From assembly GCA_965250285.1 (NCBI GenBank), contig OZ252299.1, forward strand, positions 1,376,001-1,440,000: 64,000 bases of DNA. The letters are read 5' to 3'. Made by a program: the position numbers and the translations under genes. The notes under the pieces were generated by a model, which saw only the letters and a program-made list of their open reading frames with translations, searched no databases and had not been told where the DNA came from. Of the stretch, positions 1-9,567 are shown piece by piece. The stretch's first letter is position 1. Each line of letters starts with the position of its first letter. This DNA comes from Myxococcota bacterium (GTDB lineage Bacteria; Myxococcota_A; UBA9160; UBA4427).

Positions 1-1
1 G

Positions 2-1474
<1,473 letters not shown>

Positions 1475-2022
1475 TCGCTCGCGGGCCGGCGTACAGCCGG
1501 CCCGCCGAGCGCATCGTTGGCCGACCCGGTCTCGGGTCGCGCCTGCTGCTGGCCCGATCTCAGGCCGCGCGGCGCAGAGGCGGCCCCCTGCCTGACGCAT
1601 CCCCGTCGTGCTCGCGAGCCGCCCGTTGGCTCGCCTGAGCCGACCCGCGCGCGTGTGCGCGCCCGCTCGCGCGCCAATACCCTACCCGAGAAATACTGAA
1701 TGTGACTTGGTTTACATCAATCAAGTTGGTTCGTAAGTACTCGACTTCGTGAGCGTTTTTCGTCGCGTCGTCATGCCGTAATCAAGAGTTTGAATACGAA
1801 AGATCACACAGCAATCAATTTTTGTGTGGCGAAACCTCTCACGTTCGGTACTTATTCGTCCGTAAAGAAAACCGGGATGCAGGCGACAATCAAAGTGGTC
1901 GAGCCAGCATCTCCGAGTCGGCAGGGGCGTCACAGGGATCGGATGCGTGTGACGCGAGGGGCCGACGGGGTCGAGGTCAGGGAAGACGCCAGCACTTCCC
2001 GCCCGTCCTGAGGGAGAACGAC

Positions 2023-2622
2023 ATGGAAAGCTGCCCTTCTTATTTCGACCGAGCTCGTTCGAACACGCTTCGCGCGACCACCGTCGCGATCGCCATCCTC
2101 ACACTCGCGCTGATGGGCTGCGCCGGGATGTCCGGGTCGACGGGCCCGGTGGCGATGGAGCCGCAGGGGCCGGGGGCCGTGTTCCCGACGATCGAGGACG
2201 CCGTCCTCGATGCGATGGCCTACTCGGTGCAGGACGCACGGTCGAGAGGCCGCACCGACCGGATGTACGGCGGCCCGATCCAGATGGTCGACGACGGCTA
2301 CACCTACGGTGAGCCCGCGGTGGCGCACTCGGTTCGACCGCTGGAGGTCCGGTACACGGTGAGCAGCCGTGATGTGGCGCGGTTTCACGTCTACCCCGCC
2401 GCCGACGACGTGCGTGAGAACCAGCGCCGCGAGCACGCGACGCGCACTGATCGCCGAAGCGTCGACGAGCAGGACCCGCGCCGACGCACGCTCTACTTCC
2501 TGACCCCCACGTTGATGGTCAAGGCCTATCACGGCAAGCGCGTGCCCGTGCAGGAGGTGGTGCGCCTCGACCGCTCGAACGACGGAATGCTGATCGTGCA
2601 GAACACGACGTCGATGCCCTGA
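2023..2622 (+). CDS. Putative lipoprotein with degenerate DUF4329/JAB-like domain
   Basis: ATG 2023 after AGGGAG; hydrophobic stretch ending in lipobox LMGC; FPTIEDA...YGGPI...YTY...FHVYP pattern resembles DUF4329 without its metal ligands. Confidence 0.7.
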   Translation: MESCPSYFDRARSNTLRATTVAIAILTLALMGCAGMSGSTGPVAMEPQGPGAVFPTIEDAVLDAMAYSVQDARSRGRTDRMYGGPIQMVDDGYTYGEPAVAHSVRPLEVRYTVSSRDVARFHVYPAADDVRENQRREHATRTDRRSVDEQDPRRRTLYFLTPTLMVKAYHGKRVPVQEVVRLDRSNDGMLIVQNTTSMP

Positions 2623-2739
2623 GCCGCATCCGGGCCGCCCGTCCGGACGGCTTCTCTGCTCGGTCTACCGCCGCCAAACCGGGCAGAGAAGGGACGGGCG
2701 GCCCATCAGTCCCTTTCCCGGGAGATCAGGGTTCGACGA

Positions 2740-2773
2740 GGGCCCCCGCCGAAAGGCGGGGGCCCATTCGTTT
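2740..2773 (+). terminator. Rho-independent terminator
   Basis: Perfect 11-bp stem GGGCCCCCGCC-GAAA-GGCGGGGGCCC followed by ATTCGTTT. Confidence 0.75.
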
Positions 2774-3168
2774 CGGGCGCGCGATCGCGCGACCGTGACC
2801 GCAACCGTCACGCCCCTGGCGTTTCATCTTCTCCGAACCCGAACGCCAGGAGGCCCCCCCCAATGAGCCCGAACTCCCCGTTTGCCGGACCCCTCGTCAT
2901 CTGTGATCGCCCACGCGGGCTCGAGGTCGTCCGCTGCCGACGATTCGCCCCCGGCGCGAGCGAGTGCGTCGACGCGGGCGGCGCCGCCCAGATGCGGCTG
3001 CCCCTCGGCGAGTGGATCGTCGGGCTGCGCGAGAGCGGGTCTGTGGACGCCGGGTAGGGCGCCGGCAGCGGCCCCAGGGCCGGGGGCGGGCGCGTCCTTC
3101 GCGCCGGATCATTCCCGGTCCAACCCCTTGAGATTCCACCGAGAATCGCTAAACCACAGCGCTCGCGT

Positions 3169-3245
3169 GGAGCATTAGCTCAGCTGGCTAGAGCACCGTC
3201 TTCACACGGCGGGGGTCGCTGGTTCAAGTCCAGCATGCTCCACCA
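3169..3245 (+). tRNA. tRNA-Val(CAC)
   Basis: 77-nt cloverleaf GGAGCAT...ATGCTCC-ACCA; anticodon arm CCGTC-TTCACAC-GGCGG; T loop TTCAAGT. Confidence 0.97.
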
Positions 3246-3246
3246 C
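3215..3246 (+). repeat. att core, left copy (GTCGCTGGTTCAAGTCCAGCATGCTCCACCAC)
   Basis: Identical to 44042-44073. Confidence 0.95.
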
Positions 3247-3281
3247 TCCGAACGCGATTTCCTCTTTGTTTTCGGGCGCGG

Positions 3282-4475
3282 TCACTGCTCCGTCCTTGAG
3301 TCCCGGTTGAGTCCCGAGTCCCGAATCGAGGCGACGCGCTGTTCGAGCGCATCCCCCGCGGCATTGGCCTGCTTCTGTTGTTCGAGCAGGTAGATCGCGG
3401 TCGTCGTCTCGGACCCGTGGTCCCACGCCGCTCGCAGCTGACCGCGACTCACGATCCCCGCCTCGATCAGGTCAGTCCCAACGCTGGCTTTGAGGGCGTG
3501 GTAGACCGAGACGTACGGGACGCCCGCGCGCTTGCACGCCCGCACCCAGCCCGAGTAGAGGGCCTTCCACGAGTAGGCTGTCCCGGTGTTCGGGTTCGGG
3601 AAGAGCGGGGCGCCCCGGTCAAGGCGCGCGTCGCCGCGGTACTTCCTGAGCCACTCGCGAAGCTCGCCCTTCGCCTCGACCTTGCTCGCCTTGCCGGTCT
3701 TGTTCTCGCGGCGGTCGGGGTTAGCCCCGCTCACCGTCTTCAGCGCTTCGCCCCGGGTGAGCGTGTGGGTCGCGAAGTCGTACGAGCCCACCGTCACGCC
3801 GCGCGCCTCGTTCGCGCGGAGAAACCCCCAAAAGAGCCCGAGGTAGATGCCCTGTTGCTCTTCCTTCATCGCGTCGATGGCCGCCAGAACGTCCAGTATG
3901 GGCATTGCGTCCTTCGGCTTTGACGCGACCTTGACCTTCGGCCACACGGGCACGGGCGCCTCGGGGTGCTCTTCGCGGTAGTACGTGTGGGCGCCCCGAA
4001 TCACGATCAACGCGTTCTTCGTCGCCTTGTCGCCAGTCCCCTTCTCGCGCATCCACGAGAGCCACTGCCGGACAGTCCGGGTGCCCACCTCGCTCGCGGG
4101 CACGTCGTCCCAGTACGGCTGAATGTGGTTCTTCCTGATCAGGCGATAGTCGGAGAGCGTATTCGGGGCAAGCTCCTTGCCGCGCTCATCGAGCCACCGG
4201 TCCAAGAAGGTCACGAATAGGTTTGGCCGCGCGTCCGGCTTGCGCCACTGACCGACAGCGTCAGACCACGGCATCCCCCGCGCCACGTCGTGGCAGATTC
4301 GTATTCTCAGACCGTCAGCGTCCTTGAACGACGTGAACGAGTGGCCGCGCACGCTGCTCAAGTACCGCTCGTTCCCGCGCAAGCCGACATCGTAGAAGTC
4401 GATTCTCCACGACTCCTTCACGGTCCCGTCCGCGCGCTTTCGATTCCTAGTGTCGACCTTCCCACCATCCGGCAT
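3282..4475 (-). CDS. Tyrosine recombinase / phage-type integrase
   Basis: ATG 4475 with GGGAGAGG RBS; SAM-like segment LAPNTLSDY; catalytic LRANE, HALK, DHGS...TTAIY; points toward the tRNA att. Confidence 0.92.
   Translation of the reverse strand: MPDGGKVDTRNRKRADGTVKESWRIDFYDVGLRGNERYLSSVRGHSFTSFKDADGLRIRICHDVARGMPWSDAVGQWRKPDARPNLFVTFLDRWLDERGKELAPNTLSDYRLIRKNHIQPYWDDVPASEVGTRTVRQWLSWMREKGTGDKATKNALIVIRGAHTYYREEHPEAPVPVWPKVKVASKPKDAMPILDVLAAIDAMKEEQQGIYLGLFWGFLRANEARGVTVGSYDFATHTLTRGEALKTVSGANPDRRENKTGKASKVEAKGELREWLRKYRGDARLDRGAPLFPNPNTGTAYSWKALYSGWVRACKRAGVPYVSVYHALKASVGTDLIEAGIVSRGQLRAAWDHGSETTTAIYLLEQQKQANAAGDALEQRVASIRDSGLNRDSRTEQ
3295..3323 (+). repeat. Putative integrase arm-type sites, tandem TTGAGTCCCG
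   Basis: TTGAGTCCCG at 3296 and 3307 plus a partial third copy; same tandem pair at 43949/43960. Confidence 0.75.
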
Positions 4476-5743
4476 CTCGTCGCCTCTCCCGCCGGCAGGG
4501 TGCTGGGCCGCCCGGGGCGAGGCAAGGGGAGTTTCCGATTCATCCGATCGCAGACTCATCCAGGCGCCCTCGAATCGACCACATCTCGGTGGCCAATCGC
4601 GAGGGAGCCCGGCAAATCCGGACCTCGGGATTGTGGTTGGTGTTCGAACCGCACAGGCGGGCTCCAGGCAGCCGGTTTCGAATCCGGTTCTTGCCCGTGC
4701 CCGTGTCTCGGCCTACTGGCCCTGACTTTGGCGGCGGCGGCGCGAAGTGCGGGGCCCAAGCGCAGGTCCATCCATACCCACTAGGGGCACCTGGGTCGGC
4801 GGCGGATGGATGCGCTGGGGGGATAACCGGGTTTATATCACATGGCCCTCACTCCTCAAAGTGTCGGCCTACTTCCGTGGTGGTTCCGGGCGTTAGGTCG
4901 AACGCCGATGCCTGCTGGCACGCAACCAGCGCCCCCCTGCGGCGGGTTGGGTGCAGGTTCCGGCCATGTACGCGGGCGTGAGTCGCAGACGTCGAGCGGC
5001 TGGCGCGTCTCGAACTCGATTCAGCGACCGCCGCTCGACGTCTTCGACGCAACCGGCGTTCCGTCTCGTTCTAGCGCTAGTACACACTTCACTGGGATTG
5101 CTCCAGACGAACGGGCTCGCCTGCTCGGAAATGCTTGCGGGGGTCCTGTCCATTCTGGCTCTGAAAGCGGCTTCAGGGACGACCTTGAACTTCACGCCGG
5201 ACGCCCGCTTGCTCAAGGCCAGAAGCGACCCAACTGTTGAACGGGTGGGCGGTGGTGTCGGCTCGTTCACTGAAGCATGGCTCGCCTTCTCCGACGCGCT
5301 CCCTGCCGACTTCTTGGCCGAGAGCTACCGCTCGATCTCCGACATCGAGGGCACTTCCTCGGGGCAGATCGGAGCGTCGAAGTGTGTCTTGGTCGGCACA
5401 GATCGCTCTGTGCGCCGTGCGAAGGCTGGTTGGTCCAACTTTCCATCGATCAACTGCCGCCGGCGGCCGTTGCCAGATTGCTAGTGCCTTCACTTGTTCT
5501 ACGGGCAGCACAGGGTTGGCCAAGCAGGTATCTGTGGGCAGTTTCGCGACCGGCTAAACGCGCGAGTCTATTGCCTACGCACCGTCGTGTTCCACGGCGG
5601 CATCTTCGCGACGAACGATCGCTGCGGAGGACGCGAGATCTCGCTCCAGCTACCTCGGAGCTACTTACGCCGTGCGGGCGAACCCCATCAGGCGAACAAT
5701 GGCCACTATCTGGTCTCTACTGGGGATCGAAACGGCGTACGCT

Positions 5744-6514
5744 ATGACGATGGCACGAAGCCCCGCTCGATTCTGGATCGTTGTCACGGTCTGCGCCCTA
5801 CTAATAATCGCCCTCGTCGCGGTGTGGGCCTTCGGATTGAAGCCGGACCAGGCCCTCGCGGTCCTCGGGGCCGCTGTGTTCCTTGCAGTCGGCGGAAGTT
5901 ACCTGATCAGTTGGCTTGGAAGCCGACGTGTGGCTACGGGGTCAGCGCCAGGCATTGCATCCGTGAGCGACCCGGAGACATTGGAGCGAGGAGGCGAAGC
6001 GTCGTCTGAGAGGCCGGCTTCCGCCGCGTCAGGGGCATGGTCTGCCGGATCCGCGGACGCTGCTACGCCTTCTGCGGCCGCCGGGACCGACGCGGCTGGG
6101 AGCGTGGCGGCGCTCGGCTTCGACGAGCATATCGGGGACGTCGTCGGTCTGAAGGAGCGCACCGAGAGCAAGGGAGGCGTCACCGAGTACGTCTGGAACT
6201 TCAGGGTCGTGCGCTTCAGCCCCGACGGTAAGCAGCTCCCGAGCGTGTCCGTTGAGATGCGTGGTAACGGATTCGAGGGCGGGCTGGTGGACGGCGACCG
6301 GGTGCGACTGCCAAAGGTACCTCCGGGTGGCGGGACGGTGACGCTCTCGGTGCTGCAGAACCTCACGAATGGTGGCGAGGTCCGAGTGAAGGGCGCGGGC
6401 TTCTGGGGATCGTTCAGCAATGTAGTCGCCAAGGCGGGCGCGCTGCTGGCCATTCTCTTCTTCGCGGCGATGATCATCGGAATCCTGGCGAAGCTCGCCG
6501 AGGATGCGTTTTGA
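5744..6514 (+). CDS. Membrane protein: 2 N-terminal TM helices, Ala/Ser linker, beta-rich domain, C-terminal TM
   Basis: Hydrophobic segments; VWNFRVVR...VEMRG..FEG.L.DGDRV domain; stop overlaps next start (TTGA); start may be 5750. Confidence 0.8.
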   Translation: MTMARSPARFWIVVTVCALLIIALVAVWAFGLKPDQALAVLGAAVFLAVGGSYLISWLGSRRVATGSAPGIASVSDPETLERGGEASSERPASAASGAWSAGSADAATPSAAAGTDAAGSVAALGFDEHIGDVVGLKERTESKGGVTEYVWNFRVVRFSPDGKQLPSVSVEMRGNGFEGGLVDGDRVRLPKVPPGGGTVTLSVLQNLTNGGEVRVKGAGFWGSFSNVVAKAGALLAILFFAAMIIGILAKLAEDAF

Positions 6515-9500
6515 GCCGTTCGATCGCGCCGGTCTCCGCCGCGAACATTGACTACCTCCAGAGTCCGCGCCCCCCGCTCGGCGCACTCGACTCGAACGAA
6601 GAGCTCACCCAGGCGGGGCCCCGTCAGCTGTTCCGCATAGAGGGCATTGGACGGGAGCGCAAGAACACGCCGCACAAGTACGACCCGAAGGAGTACAGCT
6701 CACCATTCGAATCACTGCTGGTCGGCATGCATGGCTTCCACTCCACGCCCGTCGCGTACTGCCTCCGAGGGCAAGGCGGCAGTGTTGGTCTGCACGTGGG
6801 CGTGTGGATGCCGCGGGGGGTAGGCGCGGAGGATTCGATCGCCGACCGGGCCCGCGCTCTTACCCAGGGCCTCGCTAGCCTCTACCCGATGGTCCGAATC
6901 GAAGAGTCGCAGGTCTCCTTCGCGGCTTCGGGCCACGGAGCATTCTGCCTCGGTAGCCCGACGGTCGTTCCACCTGACCCCGCAGACGGCGCCGCTTCGG
7001 TGGACCGCTTGATCCGGGGCATGGGGAGCGCGAGCTGGTCCTGCTTGGTTCTCGCGCAGCCCGTGCTCACCGACGATGTCACCCGCATCCGGGGGTCCAT
7101 CGCCGAAGAAATGCGCCGTGTCCAGCTGGCTGAAAAGGCTGGCGACGCCCCTGGGCCGCTGGCGCGCCATTACTCTGAGCTTCTCAAGGCGCGCCTCGAA
7201 GCCCTGACCTACGGCATGGCCTTCGGGACGTGGCGGACCGCCGTCTATCTCCAGGCTGAGGGGCCGGTGCTTGCCCAGCTCGCCAGCCTCTGGCGTGGTC
7301 TCCATTCCGGGAAGAAGTCGCTTCCCGAATCTGTGACTGCATGGGAGCATGCTCGCGTGGCCGAGCTGGCGACCGACTGGGCCATGCCCAATACGGAAGG
7401 GCAACGTCAGGACGGAAACCGCTACCGCCGGCCGCTCGAGTTCCAGACCCTGTTGACCTCTGCGGAGCTCTCAGCCTACATCCACCTTCCCGAGAACGAG
7501 TGTCCCGGCTTCTCGATCGAATCCGTGCCGGCGTTCGACTCCGTGGCGCCGAGGCGGAAGTCTGGTCCAGAGGTGTCGCTCGGGGCCATAGCTGTGCGCG
7601 GGCAACCCTCCGCGACGCCGCTGCACGTGTCCCTGGAAGATCTTGGGAAACACCTCTTCGTCGCGGGAATCACCAGCTCGGGCAAGACCAACACCATCTT
7701 CCGGATCCTCGAGCAGCTACACGACTACGAGACACCTTTTCTCGTCATTGAGCCGGCCAAGGCCGAGTATCGGACGCTCCTCGACCACCCGACGATTGGC
7801 CCCGACCTCCGCGTCTACACTCCAGGCAACGAGAACGTGGCGCCCTTTCGAATCAACCCGTTCCGCGTCCCGGATGGGATTCCTGTGTCGGTCCATCTGG
7901 ACCTATTGCGATCGGTTTTCGTCGCGAGTTTTGGTATGTGGACGCCGCTGCCGCAGATCCTCGAGCGTTGTCTCTACGAGATCTATGAGGATCGCGGGTG
8001 GGATGTGACCCGAAGCACGAACGCGCGTATTGAGGGCGAGTCTCGACCAGTCGAATCGTTCCCTACAATCTCCGACCTGGCCAACAAGGTCGAAGACGTC
8101 ATCCAGAAGCTGGGTTACGACGAGCGCGTCAGTAACGACATGCGCGCTGCCTTGTCCACCCGCGTGAACGCGCTCCGCACCGGCGGCAAGGGCCGGATGT
8201 TCGATGTTGCCGCCGAGAGCGACTTCGACGAGCTGATGCGCGCCCCGTGCGTTTTCGAGCTCGAGGGCATGGGTGACGACGATGACAAGGCGTTCTTCAT
8301 AGGCCTCATCTGGATCCGGCTAGTCGAGCATTGGCGTGTGCAGGGCCGTGCTCCGAGCCTCCGGCATATCTTCGTGGTCGAGGAGGCGCATCGATTGCTG
8401 TCGAGATCCGGCGGCAAGGCTCGTGAGGAGGAATCGAACCCCCGAGGCCGCGCCGTCGAGACGTTCGCGAGCCTCCTGGCTGAGATCCGCGCGTACGGCC
8501 AGGGTGTGATCGTGGCGGACCAGGTGCCGAGTAAGCTCGCACCGGATGTCATCAAGAATACGAACACAAAACTCGTCCACCGGCTCGTTGCAGAGGACGA
8601 CCGGAAGCTTATTTCCGGGGCGATGGCGATGAACGATGCACAATCGCAGGCGCTGACGAACCTCCCAGTCGGGCGGGCGGTGGCCCACGGCCGCCATGAC
8701 GATCAGCCTATCCAGGTCCAGGTGGAACTCTCGGAGCTTCACGAGTCTGAAGAGCCGCCCTCGAATGAGACGATCGCCGCCCTGATGGCCGAACGAGGCG
8801 CCGAGCGGGACTCGGTGGGTTTCGGGCGCAGTTCGAGGGACGCGGTTGCATACGACGCAGCGTGCAAGAGCGCGGAGGACGAAGGCTTTCGCGCGGCGGT
8901 GGCACGCCTCGCAGATACGGCCGTTCACGGGCTCGCGGCCGCTCGGCGGCTGGCGCCGTCCGTCATGGCGAACGGGCGACACACGTGGCCGTCCCGTATC
9001 GACCAATCTGAGGCTTCCGAGTGCCTCGCCAGTCGAGCCGCCGAATGGCTTGCGGGTCGTCGCGGCGCCCAGAATCAGTGGACCTTCTCACAGACACGCC
9101 GCTACGGAGAGGCAATTCGGACGCTCCTTCTCGGCGGCCCCGGCCCCGACGAGGACGTGTGGAACGGGCTGGTGGCAGAACTCTTTGAGCGAAGGTTCCC
9201 GCCTTTCGAGCGGTGCGAGAGGATCTGCGCTGGCGACACACCTCTCTGCGCGTTCCGCCGCGGTGTCGGAGACAACATCACAAAACACAGGCTCAATGCG
9301 GGATGGTCCCAGGCCCAGGCCGCAGTCGACCAATCTTTCGAGCGTGGGATCGATCAGCTCTGGGGCGTGTGCATGGATGCGGGCGCCGCCTTGATCGACT
9401 TCCCTGAGCGCAAGTCGAACGAGGCTGCAGGCGAGGCCGGTCGCATGGCGGCGCGCCAGGTAAGTCTGTGTTGGGCACAGCAGCGCATTCAGCTCGACGT

Positions 9501-9567
9501 CCACTATCCCCTTCCCCGAAACGCGGCCGTGCTCGACGGGCTGCTCCGGAGAGCTGGCCTTGAATGA
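6511..9567 (+). CDS. HerA/FtsK-superfamily (DUF87-like) ATPase, 1018 aa
   Basis: Walker A HLFVAGITSSGKT; FLVIEPAKAEY; Walker B VVEEAHRLL; LAEIRAYGQGVIVADQVP; KNTNTKLVHRL. Confidence 0.9.
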   Translation: MSRSIAPVSAANIDYLQSPRPPLGALDSNEELTQAGPRQLFRIEGIGRERKNTPHKYDPKEYSSPFESLLVGMHGFHSTPVAYCLRGQGGSVGLHVGVWMPRGVGAEDSIADRARALTQGLASLYPMVRIEESQVSFAASGHGAFCLGSPTVVPPDPADGAASVDRLIRGMGSASWSCLVLAQPVLTDDVTRIRGSIAEEMRRVQLAEKAGDAPGPLARHYSELLKARLEALTYGMAFGTWRTAVYLQAEGPVLAQLASLWRGLHSGKKSLPESVTAWEHARVAELATDWAMPNTEGQRQDGNRYRRPLEFQTLLTSAELSAYIHLPENECPGFSIESVPAFDSVAPRRKSGPEVSLGAIAVRGQPSATPLHVSLEDLGKHLFVAGITSSGKTNTIFRILEQLHDYETPFLVIEPAKAEYRTLLDHPTIGPDLRVYTPGNENVAPFRINPFRVPDGIPVSVHLDLLRSVFVASFGMWTPLPQILERCLYEIYEDRGWDVTRSTNARIEGESRPVESFPTISDLANKVEDVIQKLGYDERVSNDMRAALSTRVNALRTGGKGRMFDVAAESDFDELMRAPCVFELEGMGDDDDKAFFIGLIWIRLVEHWRVQGRAPSLRHIFVVEEAHRLLSRSGGKAREEESNPRGRAVETFASLLAEIRAYGQGVIVADQVPSKLAPDVIKNTNTKLVHRLVAEDDRKLISGAMAMNDAQSQALTNLPVGRAVAHGRHDDQPIQVQVELSELHESEEPPSNETIAALMAERGAERDSVGFGRSSRDAVAYDAACKSAEDEGFRAAVARLADTAVHGLAAARRLAPSVMANGRHTWPSRIDQSEASECLASRAAEWLAGRRGAQNQWTFSQTRRYGEAIRTLLLGGPGPDEDVWNGLVAELFERRFPPFERCERICAGDTPLCAFRRGVGDNITKHRLNAGWSQAQAAVDQSFERGIDQLWGVCMDAGAALIDFPERKSNEAAGEAGRMAARQVSLCWAQQRIQLDVHYPLPRNAAVLDGLLRRAGLE

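Noticed and set aside
4560..5740. Several overlapping ORFs between the integrase and the ATPase operon
   Set aside because: No motifs and conflicting frames; probably decayed or non-coding. No excisionase or repressor could be supported.
6511..9567. Conjugative VirB4/VirD4 assignment, making the island an ICE
   Set aside because: Motifs fit the HerA/DUF87 clade, and no relaxase, pilin or other T4SS genes are recognisable.
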